From the IMG/VR virus record IMGVR_UViG_3300027573_000025: a stretch of DNA of 64,000 nt; one strand, 5' to 3'. Positions within the stretch are counted from its first letter, which is position 1. Every line of letters begins with the position of its first letter. Below the pieces are notes generated by a model. The model worked only from the letters and a program-made list of their open reading frames with translations. It had not been told where the DNA came from and searched no databases. Shown piece after piece: positions 8,829-17,367 of the stretch. The position numbers were made by a program, and so were the translations under genes. The DNA is from an uncultured virus (IMG/VR IMGVR_UViG_3300027573_000025) (taxonomy: Duplodnaviria > Heunggongvirae > Uroviricota > Caudoviricetes).

Positions 8829-9119
8829 ATGAAAGACACACTATGGGCCTACAAGGCCATCGAGACGCGCTACATCGGCCCAACGAATACACGCGGATCG
8901 CGCTGCAAGGCCACTGCCGAAGGCCACAACTCTATCACGCTGTCATGGGACAGCGACCTAGACTCGCTTGAAATGCACCACAAAGCAGCGTTGGCACTAT
9001 GCGCCAAGTTGAATTGGAAGGGTAAGCTAGTCGCCGGCGGTACAGCACGCGGTTATGTCTTTGTCTTTGCGGATCGGGATTTCAAAGCAGAAAACAAAAG
9101 CGAGGTCGAAAAAGTCTAG
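8829..9119 (+). CDS. Early hypothetical protein (AIETRYIGPTNTRGSR type)
   Basis: RBS before ATG 8829; motif I recognise from phage early regions. Confidence 0.75.
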   Translation: MKDTLWAYKAIETRYIGPTNTRGSRCKATAEGHNSITLSWDSDLDSLEMHHKAALALCAKLNWKGKLVAGGTARGYVFVFADRDFKAENKSEVEKV

Positions 9120-9229
9120 CCTTGCCCTTCGCCCTTTCTAAGGGCAAGCGCCGTGAGTCTGGCAACTTACCACGCCCGCTGGCGATACGGGCGGGCATTA
9201 AACTAACTCAAGAGGAAGGAAGCAAAACC
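9117..9229 (+). promoter_or_regulatory. Three-hairpin structured intergenic RNA element
   Basis: Conserved at 55312-55425 with compensatory and consistent stem changes. Confidence 0.65.
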
Positions 9230-9364
9230 ATGAAAGACTTAGACGCCATACTGGCAATAATCCTCGTTATAATCGGCATAGGCTCATGCAGCGTTTACAA
9301 CGTTGCCAAAGTCGATGCCGTGGTGACACGCATGATTGAGCAGTCCCTACAGGTGAAACGATGA
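9230..9364 (+). CDS. Small membrane protein
   Basis: One hydrophobic segment; conserved at 55707-55841. Confidence 0.65.
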   Translation: MKDLDAILAIILVIIGIGSCSVYNVAKVDAVVTRMIEQSLQVKR

Positions 9365-9552
9365 TAAAAACAAAAGAACATTACGACTTGTTAGAACAAT
9401 TTGAACGCGACTTCCCCTACTGCCGCCTTGACAAAGAACCTAAGGATTTATGGGGAAAGGAAGCTATCTATCAGAATGGTAACACTAATGAATTGTTTCT
9501 GGCTTACCGTAAAGGATACGCTTTCGGCAAAGTGGTGAATGATAATGATTAA
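9361..9552 (+). CDS. Hypothetical protein, copy-A-specific
   Basis: ATGA coupling with the previous gene. Confidence 0.65.
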   Translation: MIKTKEHYDLLEQFERDFPYCRLDKEPKDLWGKEAIYQNGNTNELFLAYRKGYAFGKVVNDND

Positions 9553-9763
9553 GTCAGGCGCCGATCTCCGCCATGAGCGCAAAGCCTTGGGCATCAACCA
9601 AAGCCAATTCGCTAGGTTTTGCTTTGTCGCCCGCAATACCATCATCGAATGGGAAAAGCGCGATAAGCTGCCGTTTGTCTTGGCGCTAGGCTTAGACGAA
9701 TTGATTAGGCAATTACATTTCGCGCTAGGCGTAGGAAAAGGGAGGGCACGCGATGAAGATTGA
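9545..9763 (+). CDS. Cro/XRE-family HTH protein
   Basis: LRHERKALGINQSQFA...VARNTIIEWE. Confidence 0.85.
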   Translation: MIKSGADLRHERKALGINQSQFARFCFVARNTIIEWEKRDKLPFVLALGLDELIRQLHFALGVGKGRARDED

Positions 9764-9854
9764 AAGAGGCTCGCCACTAGGACCACTTATCGGGCTGGCG
9801 TTTTGCCTGATGTTTTGGGCTTTGGTCTGGGTGCTTATCAGCGCGCTGGTATGA
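9753..9854 (+). CDS. 33-aa membrane peptide
   Basis: GGAGG RBS; MKIERGSPLGPLIGLAFCLMFWALVWVLISALV; conserved from 56037 in copy B. Confidence 0.6.
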   Translation: MKIERGSPLGPLIGLAFCLMFWALVWVLISALV

Positions 9855-9862
9855 GGGGTGAA

Positions 9863-10048
9863 ATGACAAAGAAAACCATCCTTGAACTCATCACGTTAAT
9901 GGCGAATTTTAAGACATCGGCATCGGCAACAATAGCCGATATGGGCGACTACGACTATCTTATTTCCGGCACCAAGAATAGCGGTAAACTGCGTCGATTG
10001 AGCATGGACATTACCCGCAAGCTGGCCGAGTTGCGCGCCGGCAAATGA
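9863..10048 (+). CDS. Hypothetical protein
   Basis: GAGGGG RBS; conserved in copy B. Confidence 0.7.
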   Translation: MTKKTILELITLMANFKTSASATIADMGDYDYLISGTKNSGKLRRLSMDITRKLAELRAGK

Positions 10049-10082
10049 AGCGAAGCGACAGTCTGCTAAGGACGGAGGCAAG

Positions 10083-10361
10083 ATGAAAGACGCTATATCA
10101 TGTCAATTTTGTGGTGCCTGGTATCACCATCCGACTTATTACCGGGCACCTAGCCAATGCTGCGATCGCTGCTGGCTGGAGATTAACGCGCAACTATCAA
10201 GGGAAGGAAGCGAAATGAAAGAATATCCGCATGAATGCGATACCGACTACGAATATGAAAAGATAGGGGAAGCCAAACGCCTAGCCCATGACGAAGGCAC
10301 ATGCAAAGCGCCTTGCGACTATTGCGAAGCGACGGGGGATAAAGAAAATGGGCAAGAATGA
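10083..10361 (+). CDS. Cys-rich (zinc-binding) hypothetical protein
   Basis: Three CxxC-type clusters; conserved in copy B. Confidence 0.7.
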   Translation: MKDAISCQFCGAWYHHPTYYRAPSQCCDRCWLEINAQLSREGSEMKEYPHECDTDYEYEKIGEAKRLAHDEGTCKAPCDYCEATGDKENGQE

Positions 10362-10518
10362 ACTTATTTCCGATTTAACTAGGCTCGAATGGTTTGCCGG
10401 CATGGCGCTAAATGCTTGGATTGATACAGACCATTGGACGAATGCAACAGACTTAGCTAAGCGATGTTTTGATGTTGCCGAGGCCATGCTGGCTGAAAGC
10501 GAGCGGAGGGAGAAATGA
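10348..10518 (+). CDS. Small phage protein (WFAGMAL...AEAML type)
   Basis: Recognisable phage motif; copy-A-specific. Confidence 0.65.
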   Translation: MGKNELISDLTRLEWFAGMALNAWIDTDHWTNATDLAKRCFDVAEAMLAESERREK

Positions 10519-11198
10519 GCGAGCAACTATACGACCAAGCCATTAGCGTGCTGGACAACGCCAAGCTGATACCGGCGGCCCGCACCGACGAGGATTATAG
10601 CGCCCTGGGCCACTTCATTGTTCACTGTAAACGCCTTATCGCCAAGATAACCGAAGCCCACAAGCCGAGTATCCAAGCCGCCCATGACTCCCACAAAGCG
10701 GCCATAGCCCTGCGGGATAGCCATATTCAGCCCATTACCGCGGCTTTGAGGATCGTTGAGCCGCTGGCGCTGGCTTACAAGCAAGCCAAGGATGCCGAGG
10801 CATGGGCAGAGACAAATAAATTACTAGGTACCGCCCGTTGGATTAAGGAGGCCACAGCCCTAGCCGATGCCGAAGCCCTAGAAGCCCTGGGCTTTGCCGA
10901 TGATGCCGATGCCAAGCTGGCTGAAGCCGTAGCCCCAACGCGCATAACGCCCCAAATTAGCACGCTGCCCAAGGTGGCGGGGCTTTCCACCCGGAAACGC
11001 TGGACGTACCGTATAACGGACGCCAGGGCGGTCAAACGCGACTATTGCCAGCCCGCCGAGGGTGTCATCAAGGCGGCAGTCGAGAATGCCTTTTATAAAA
11101 TATCCGTAGTTACCCCCAACATGGTAAAACAGCTTGAAGATGAGATAGGGGGGATCGAGGTTTTTGAGACCGAAACGGTGGTAGGGAGGACAAAATGA
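10515..11198 (+). CDS. Conserved coiled-coil phage protein of the recombination module
   Basis: PKVAGLSTRKRW motif; conserved at 56618-57301. Confidence 0.7.
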   Translation: MSEQLYDQAISVLDNAKLIPAARTDEDYSALGHFIVHCKRLIAKITEAHKPSIQAAHDSHKAAIALRDSHIQPITAALRIVEPLALAYKQAKDAEAWAETNKLLGTARWIKEATALADAEALEALGFADDADAKLAEAVAPTRITPQISTLPKVAGLSTRKRWTYRITDARAVKRDYCQPAEGVIKAAVENAFYKISVVTPNMVKQLEDEIGGIEVFETETVVGRTK

Positions 11199-11689
11199 GT
11201 GAAGCTGAGCGTGTCGTTGAAATCAATCAGATCAAAGACAAGATCGCCGAATGGCAAACAGCCAAGCTCAAACTTGAGCGTGATCTAGGAGAGGTCACGA
11301 ACAAGATTAGAACAAGTGGCAGACTCCCTCAATTGGAATATGTGAGGTTATGTAATCGCCAAAACACTCTCAAAAGAGAAGTGGCTGATATTCTTGACAC
11401 AATGGCAAAACTTAAATCTCAACTCAGAATCGCCTCAAGTAAGAAAGACATTCTTACTATCGAACGACAGTCTATTTCATCCTTAAGCGACTCATTGAGT
11501 GACTTGGATTTTGTATTTGGACGTATTCGTTTACTGAGAGATAGCCACTTGAGATTCTCTGAAGACCTTACCCGTGTCTCTAGTATGCGTACCATCTCCG
11601 CACAAATTGCTAGAGAATTGACCGAATTGATCGGAGAATTACAACAACGACGCGACTCTATTTTGCAGAAGAAGTCACAAAATGAGTAA
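11195..11689 (+). CDS. Coiled-coil hypothetical protein, copy-A-specific
   Basis: Coupled ORF absent from copy B. Confidence 0.65.
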   Translation: MSEAERVVEINQIKDKIAEWQTAKLKLERDLGEVTNKIRTSGRLPQLEYVRLCNRQNTLKREVADILDTMAKLKSQLRIASSKKDILTIERQSISSLSDSLSDLDFVFGRIRLLRDSHLRFSEDLTRVSSMRTISAQIARELTELIGELQQRRDSILQKKSQNE

Positions 11690-12029
11690 CCTGAGCCTGT
11701 TGGAGCGGCGCATCATAGCCGCCGAAAAGTTAGGCGAGTCATGGGCTGAGTTACATGCCACTTGGATGCAGCTTGACGACGCAAAGAAGAATGTCCTGGC
11801 CGCATTGATGAATGACCTGGATGACGGCAACATGAGCGAGTCCAAGCTGGAAAGACTCGCTAGAGGGGCCAAGGAATATCAAGACTATTGCCGTAACCTG
11901 GCACTCGCCAAGGGTGCGGAGTTACGGGCGAAGGTGAAATATGAGTGTGCAAAGGACTATTTTGAAGCTGGACGGTCTGCCGAAGCTACAGAACGGGCAA
12001 AATTTACGCATTTTAACCACATACCATAA
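11682..12029 (+). CDS. Helical hypothetical protein (possible recombination mediator)
   Basis: Conserved at 57298-57645; function inferred from context only. Confidence 0.65.
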   Translation: MSNLSLLERRIIAAEKLGESWAELHATWMQLDDAKKNVLAALMNDLDDGNMSESKLERLARGAKEYQDYCRNLALAKGAELRAKVKYECAKDYFEAGRSAEATERAKFTHFNHIP

Positions 12030-12039
12030 GGAGGAAGTC

Positions 12040-12567
12040 ATGCCGATAATTCAAGTAGACGCCGTTACCAAAGAAGCACGCGAGTGGAAGGGTCGTAAGA
12101 AATGGGGAGTCAAGCCGGTCGGCTGGTCGGAATGGCTGAATTTATACTGCGATTTCAAGCCGCAAAAAGGACAGAGTTTCTCGGTCAATATCACCGAGAC
12201 TCAAGGCAAGGACGGTAGGGTATTCAAGGACGCCGAGATCATTGGGCCGGCGCCAGCCGCACCACCGCCGGCGCCACCGGCACAGACACCCTCCGTCGAA
12301 GCGGCATTCAACCAGCTTAAACAACAACACAACGGTAAAATTCCCTGGTCCGACTGGTCTTTAGTGTGCAGAGCCGCCCATGAGCTGGCTTGCTTGCTGG
12401 AGCCTGACGACCAAGGCGAGCATATCTGTGAGCGGTCCAATGCCAGAGCCGCCCTGGTCAATACGGTGATGATAGCTTTCAGTAACGGCAAACTGGAAAC
12501 CCCGATCGAAGCCGGTCCCGTCAGTGATGGTGATGCTGAGGGCAAAGAAGATGACATCCCCTGGTAA
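12040..12567 (+). CDS. Putative single-stranded DNA-binding protein
   Basis: Beta-rich N-terminus, Pro linker, acidic SSB-like tail EDDIPW; AGGAGG RBS. Confidence 0.65.
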   Translation: MPIIQVDAVTKEAREWKGRKKWGVKPVGWSEWLNLYCDFKPQKGQSFSVNITETQGKDGRVFKDAEIIGPAPAAPPPAPPAQTPSVEAAFNQLKQQHNGKIPWSDWSLVCRAAHELACLLEPDDQGEHICERSNARAALVNTVMIAFSNGKLETPIEAGPVSDGDAEGKEDDIPW

Positions 12568-12823
12568 GTTACTGGTCTGCGGCATAACCCTCAAAGCCGC
12601 CCTATGCCCGCATGGGTGCCGTATCTACCCGGTGTCGAGTCTTGCCTTGCACATGCTTATCCATGACAGGATTGATGCCGGGATAACCGACACACACCAT
12701 TGGGCCGAGCACCGACCCACCAAGCACCATGTCAGTAACAGGCATGGCAGACCGCGTAAGCGGCAAAGCGAGAAGGCCAAGGGTGTGAGCATCAGACAGA
12801 GGGGTAGAGGGGCTTACGAATGA
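12551..12823 (+). CDS. Basic hypothetical protein
   Basis: Conserved at 58370-58648. Confidence 0.6.
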   Translation: MTSPGKLLVCGITLKAALCPHGCRIYPVSSLALHMLIHDRIDAGITDTHHWAEHRPTKHHVSNRHGRPRKRQSEKAKGVSIRQRGRGAYE

Positions 12824-13125
12824 AGCAACGCATACCTGGAATGACGGAGCGGCTATTTCAAGGCAGAGTCCAGCAAGCCCTGCGGGTAGCCGGGTTTGAG
12901 TCCTACCATACCTATGACAGCCGGCGGTCGACTAAGGGTTTCCCCGACTTGATAGCCCTGCACCCAGGAAAGAAGCGTATCCTTGCCATAGAAGTCAAGA
13001 CCGAGACAGGCAAGGTGACGCTGGAGCAAAACGCCTGGCTGGATATGTTTAGTCTGTGTGGAGTCGAGACTTGGTTGTTACGTCCGGGTATGTTTGACGA
13101 GTTTTGGGAGTCGATTAGGAAGTAA
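12820..13125 (+). CDS. VRR-NUC domain nuclease
   Basis: GFPDL...IEVK...Q..W PD-(D/E)xK motif. Confidence 0.85.
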   Translation: MKQRIPGMTERLFQGRVQQALRVAGFESYHTYDSRRSTKGFPDLIALHPGKKRILAIEVKTETGKVTLEQNAWLDMFSLCGVETWLLRPGMFDEFWESIRK

Positions 13126-13591
13126 GCTGCCCGAGCAGCCGGATTGACCGACGCACCCAGCCCAAGCCAAAGGTTTTGAAAGTCTCAAGACTGGTGTAGT
13201 ACATCACCCGCTCGACGGTGACTTCCTCCAATAGCTGCGGGCCGTATTTGGCTTTTAACGCAGCCCTGGTGACGGGCCCAAGCAAACCATCGTCTTTCAC
13301 CCCTACCGCACGCTGTAGGCAAACCACGGCGTTTCCACGGCCCATATTGACGGCCATATCGAATAGCATAATGGCGATGTCGTCGGGTAGCTCGAATGCC
13401 TGCAAGGGTAGCCAGTAATCCACATAAAAGAGGTCTTTGGCCCTGTCCAGGGTAAGCCCGGCAATGTCCTCGTCGGGGTAGCTGCGCTGGCTGATGCCGT
13501 ACTTGGTGAGTCCGCCGGGGTCGACGGAATTGTTGCTTAGACTGCCCTCGTGGCCGATGACTATCTCGAAGGCACGGTCGAAGAGGGTCAT
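13115..13591 (-). CDS. Endolysin, glycoside hydrolase family 108
   Basis: HEG...DPGGLTKYGI, FDMAVNMG, LQRAVGV..DG..GP.T, F..GW.RR. Confidence 0.9.
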   Translation of the reverse strand: MTLFDRAFEIVIGHEGSLSNNSVDPGGLTKYGISQRSYPDEDIAGLTLDRAKDLFYVDYWLPLQAFELPDDIAIMLFDMAVNMGRGNAVVCLQRAVGVKDDGLLGPVTRAALKAKYGPQLLEEVTVERVMYYTSLETFKTFGLGWVRRSIRLLGQLTS

Positions 13592-13869
13592 TGGACTAGC
13601 CGGCACCCATCGGCAAACTTTGGGTTAAACGGACTCTCCGCCGGCAAGACAAGCCATATAGCCATGCCTGAAGGCGGGGGACCTGACACCTGCGTACACG
13701 AATAGACCTTTTGGTTTTGCTTGCGGAACTCGGCCACCTGCTCCGGTGTCAGCGACTGCCCTTGCCCTAACGCGTTGCCTATCAACATGCCGGTGCAGCC
13801 CGGCAAAAACGCCACGATGATAAGCAGCGCCGCTAGAAGGAGCAGGTTTTCAAGCCAGGGTTTAGTCAT
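13588..13869 (-). CDS. Lipoprotein (possible spanin component)
   Basis: Signal peptide with LPGC lipobox, in the lysis cassette. Confidence 0.7.
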   Translation of the reverse strand: MTKPWLENLLLLAALLIIVAFLPGCTGMLIGNALGQGQSLTPEQVAEFRKQNQKVYSCTQVSGPPPSGMAIWLVLPAESPFNPKFADGCRLVQ

Positions 13870-14017
13870 CGGCTTCCCTTCGCGCCATGCGACAGAGCAT
13901 CACCACAAAGACCACCACCACCACGACAAACAATAGCACGATAAGCGCCATGTGAGTATCGAAATAAAGATACCAGTAGCCGACTACAGTGTAATAAAGC
14001 TGGTCGGTGAGAGGCAT
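13862..14017 (-). CDS. Small membrane protein
   Basis: Val-rich TM segment; conserved at 60063-60218. Confidence 0.65.
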   Translation of the reverse strand: MPLTDQLYYTVVGYWYLYFDTHMALIVLLFVVVVVVFVVMLCRMARREADD

Positions 14018-14025
14018 GGTATCTT

Positions 14026-14211
14026 TTAGATACTTACTTTCCTTTTGGGAGGTACTACCCAACAAAATACTTGACAGCGTTCAAGAATTACCCCCCTAAT
14101 ACCCCCCGTACATGGTCCCCCCGCACAACAACCCGGGATCTCATGGCAAATGGAGTGGTGTCGGTCGCTTGCCACAAGCCCGAAGGGCGAGGCGTCTGCT
14201 GTGAGAGGCAT
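14026..14211 (-). CDS. Cys-rich hypothetical protein, copy-A-specific
   Basis: Starts right after the holin-like stop and fills the gap. Confidence 0.45.
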   Translation of the reverse strand: MPLTADASPFGLVASDRHHSICHEIPGCCAGGPCTGGIRGVILERCQVFCWVVPPKRKVSI

Positions 14212-14212
14212 C

Positions 14213-14416
14213 CTACCTCGGTGGAAAGCCTGGCAACGAGCCAGCCGGGAAGTACATCACACAATAGTACAGCAAGAGCAGCACGCCGATGACGTAGAGC
14301 AACTGCACGACCTTGGCCGGTGGTCCGACGATGGTACTGATAGCCCATATCACAACGTAAATAACGATGGCGGCAATCGCCAGCCAAATTAGAAAACCTA
14401 GAATTGCACCCATCAC
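14213..14416 (-). CDS. Two-TM holin-like protein
   Basis: Two hydrophobic helices, in the lysis cassette. Confidence 0.6.
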   Translation of the reverse strand: MMGAILGFLIWLAIAAIVIYVVIWAISTIVGPPAKVVQLLYVIGVLLLLYYCVMYFPAGSLPGFPPR

Positions 14417-14769
14417 TTTGCCCCTTTCATTTGGAGAGTTCCCTCAAGAATTCCTTCCTCTATTTTTGCCTCTGCTGTATCCGCTGTCTTTTGTTCCGCC
14501 CTGCCCTTTACCTCACCTTCGATAAGCGCGAGCTTGCGAGTTGCGTCCACCAGCGCCGTGTGCATTCCGTTGGTGTGCTCGCGTATCTGGTTGACTGCGG
14601 CCATGACAAATCCGACACCTACCGCAACCATGGCTGCAACGACTATCAGCGTCACCAGCAGCCAGTTGGTCAGAAACGCACTGCGCTGCGCTTCGAGCGC
14701 CGCTAACACAGCGTTAATTACGGGTTCCGGGCTGGTCCCTATTTCAGCGGCAAATAAGCTAAACATCAT
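14413..14769 (-). CDS. Membrane protein (lysis cassette)
   Basis: One TM segment plus HTNGM motif; conserved in copy B. Confidence 0.7.
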   Translation of the reverse strand: MMFSLFAAEIGTSPEPVINAVLAALEAQRSAFLTNWLLVTLIVVAAMVAVGVGFVMAAVNQIREHTNGMHTALVDATRKLALIEGEVKGRAEQKTADTAEAKIEEGILEGTLQMKGAK

Positions 14770-15074
14770 CCACCTCTCGGCAAAGCAGGCCGGTCGAATA
14801 AGAACTTAGGAATACAACCGAACGTATCGACGGGCAGTCTATCCCAATCGATAGGCGCCCCCTTCGGCGTCGTGTAAATGTAAATGCTGAGTTTGCTCGC
14901 ACACATAATATGGTCGTGTTCGGTACTTCTCTGCGTGTGCTCCCAAACTGTCAGGGCGATGTTGAGTCCAAGCAGTAACAGCAAAAAGAAGAATAGCGCA
15001 TTGCCGCCAAACATGCGCAGAGTACCGCCTAAAGCGGATATTTCCACGCCGTCTGTGTGCATTGCTTCAGCCAT
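14766..15074 (-). CDS. Membrane protein
   Basis: One TM segment, two conserved Cys; conserved in copy B. Confidence 0.7.
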   Translation of the reverse strand: MAEAMHTDGVEISALGGTLRMFGGNALFFFLLLLLGLNIALTVWEHTQRSTEHDHIMCASKLSIYIYTTPKGAPIDWDRLPVDTFGCIPKFLFDRPALPRGG

Positions 15075-15077
15075 TGT

Positions 15078-15194
15078 CTACGGTGTCATTACCTTGGCGC
15101 AAGCCGCTCTGTTGGCAGTCGTAGTCACAAGACTGGCGCATATCAGCTTGAGTGCTTTGTCGAAACGCTCTAACAGAGCGGCATTACATTCCGT
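15078..15194 (-). CDS. In-frame 38-aa extension beyond the UGA of the beta-helix gene (candidate Sec/readthrough tail)
   Basis: S-UGA-TECNAALLERFDKALKLIC...CAKVMTP; homologous frame conserved in copy B. Confidence 0.65.
   Translation of the reverse strand, partial: TECNAALLERFDKALKLICASLVTTTANRAACAKVMTP
15166..15180 (-). promoter_or_regulatory. Bacterial SECIS-like hairpin
   Basis: CGCUC-UGUUA-GAGCG starting 14 nt after the UGA, GU in the apical loop; equivalent hairpin in copy B. Confidence 0.5.
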
Positions 15195-17357
15195 TCACGA
15201 CTCCATCATGGTGTATGGGCCGACGGTCAGCCGTGGTGTGTTGGTGTAGGTGTCGATAGCCGCCCCGCTCCCGTCGTATACCCTAAAGTCATAGGTCGTG
15301 CCAACCGGAGCCGAGGTGCTTATCTTCAGCACATACTCACATTCCGTCTCGGAGTTGTTTAAGGCGATGCTTGGATAGTCGCTGCTAGTGCGTATCACGG
15401 CACAAGCGGTATCGCTTGCCTCGTCGCTGGTGAGTATTTCCGTGGTCGCCGTGCCTGCTGCCACAATGTCGGTGTCTGCGGTGATGCCGTGCCATGAGAT
15501 GAAGTCAGCACCGAAGGCGTCCGGTGTCAGCGTGTAGGCGCCGCCGTCTTTCGCATACCGCAGGTTATAGACGCTGCCAACGGTATCGTCGCTGCGAAAC
15601 TTGATGCGCAAGCGGAATGCCGCGCCCGGTGGCAGGGTGATGGGCACGTTCTCGGCGCAGGTAGCGCATTGCGTGACCACCGTATTAGCCGCGCCTCGTA
15701 GCTTGAAAAACTGATAGCGGGACTGCACCACTGCATGACTCACCCCAGCCCCCACGTTGTTTGTGCCGCTTGACGCTGCGTAAGTACGCACCTTGGCATA
15801 TACCCCGCCGATGGCGAAGCTATCGGTCAGGGTAGGACTTGCCGAGCGCGTCATGGCGTCGGTTAGGCTTTGCCCGTTGGTGACGGCTGAAGCCAAGACC
15901 ACTTCGACGGTCGATAGACCACTGATAGCCGCGCTGACCAGCCCGCCGTTGCCTAGAGTCTTGGATACGCCGGCCACAACAATAGCCCAATTCCCCACGG
16001 TCGGTGTTTGCAACGTCACGCCGTTTTTCGTCGATTGGACGGGGCAATCGTAGGCAATGTGATAATGCGTCGGCTCGTCGTTCTCGACGACGGCTTTGTT
16101 GCGCACGCACGCCTCGTAAGCCCCCTGGTCGGGGTTTGCACCAACATAGGTTAGCCCAGCGATGGGGGTGCCGCCATCTATGGCGACACTGCCTTCTTTT
16201 AAGTTGAAGTCGTAACCTGTTGGATCAACAAAGATATTAGTTTGTGTGCCGGTTACAAGATTTGTCGCACCCGGAGTTGTAATTTGTGACCCGGCTCCTG
16301 ATGCGTTGCCTAGGGCAATATTGTTTTTAGTATTTGTGCAACTGCCACAATAAATTCCAGAATGCCGGTTGTTTACAACAACATTGTTATAGACCTTGAA
16401 GGAACTAGATACGCTAATTCCTGCCCCCGTTGGATCGCTCGCAGTTGTTATGCCGGGATTTTCAGTGGAGTTGCCAGCATCGACAACAATATTTCGTTGA
16501 ACAATCGCGCCACCAGTGTTGCTGTTCCCAACATATATCCCTCGACGCCCAACACTTTTTACAAAATTGTTTTCGATTAACCCACCTGAAAATACGACAC
16601 CAGTAGAACTATAGTATTGTATGCCTAGTCCATGAACGTTTTCTATTCGATTCCCGCGAATTGTGGCGTTATTGCAATGGCTGTAGATGCCGTGAGTGCC
16701 AGCCCCATCGCCACCAAATTCTTCCCAACTACTAATCCACCAGCCTTCTATAACGGCATTATCACAAAAAGCACTGTCACTGCTTGACGTAAACGCGCTA
16801 CCGCCATTTGTCATGCTGCCCGTATTGACGGCTGTAAAATTGCGCCATTCGCAGTTGGTGCAGGTCGCGCCAGTGATTCTCGAAACATGGGATTGCGTAG
16901 CAATGTTGACAGTGTTGTCAATTTTGAATGAATCAAAGACTATGTTGGATCGAGTCACGCCTGAAAAATAAACAATATAATCTCCACCGGCGACAGGTCG
17001 AATCACGCAACCGGGATGGGTCTGCGTTGCCGCTGCCAAAGGGTATAGGTTTTCACACCTAATAGTGGTTTTTTGCGATGTAGATGGGCCGGATGGAATT
17101 GCACTTCCCGACATCACAACTTGGACCGATCCGACCGTAACCACTTCGGTGTATGTGCCTTCTTCGACCATGAGAGTATCGCCACCGGCAAGACACCCAA
17201 TTCCGGCGGCGATAGACCTTTTCGCCTGAGTCGCTACGGTCGGCTTGGCAACTGAGGCGAAGCACGCATTGGCGTCGTTGCCGGAGCGTGAAATCCAGTA
17301 AGTTGCCGCCTCGGCTTGGCTGGCAAGTAGCACAAAGAGAATTGCAAGTAGTTTCAT
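15195..17357 (-). CDS. Signal-peptide-bearing right-handed beta-helix (pectin-lyase-like) protein
   Basis: MKLLAILFVLLASQAEA signal; GDTLMVEEGTY, parallel beta-helix repeats, DFNL..GS.AIDGG, PDQGAYE. Confidence 0.8.
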   Translation of the reverse strand: MKLLAILFVLLASQAEAATYWISRSGNDANACFASVAKPTVATQAKRSIAAGIGCLAGGDTLMVEEGTYTEVVTVGSVQVVMSGSAIPSGPSTSQKTTIRCENLYPLAAATQTHPGCVIRPVAGGDYIVYFSGVTRSNIVFDSFKIDNTVNIATQSHVSRITGATCTNCEWRNFTAVNTGSMTNGGSAFTSSSDSAFCDNAVIEGWWISSWEEFGGDGAGTHGIYSHCNNATIRGNRIENVHGLGIQYYSSTGVVFSGGLIENNFVKSVGRRGIYVGNSNTGGAIVQRNIVVDAGNSTENPGITTASDPTGAGISVSSSFKVYNNVVVNNRHSGIYCGSCTNTKNNIALGNASGAGSQITTPGATNLVTGTQTNIFVDPTGYDFNLKEGSVAIDGGTPIAGLTYVGANPDQGAYEACVRNKAVVENDEPTHYHIAYDCPVQSTKNGVTLQTPTVGNWAIVVAGVSKTLGNGGLVSAAISGLSTVEVVLASAVTNGQSLTDAMTRSASPTLTDSFAIGGVYAKVRTYAASSGTNNVGAGVSHAVVQSRYQFFKLRGAANTVVTQCATCAENVPITLPPGAAFRLRIKFRSDDTVGSVYNLRYAKDGGAYTLTPDAFGADFISWHGITADTDIVAAGTATTEILTSDEASDTACAVIRTSSDYPSIALNNSETECEYVLKISTSAPVGTTYDFRVYDGSGAAIDTYTNTPRLTVGPYTMMES

Positions 17358-17367
17358 AGTTACCTCA

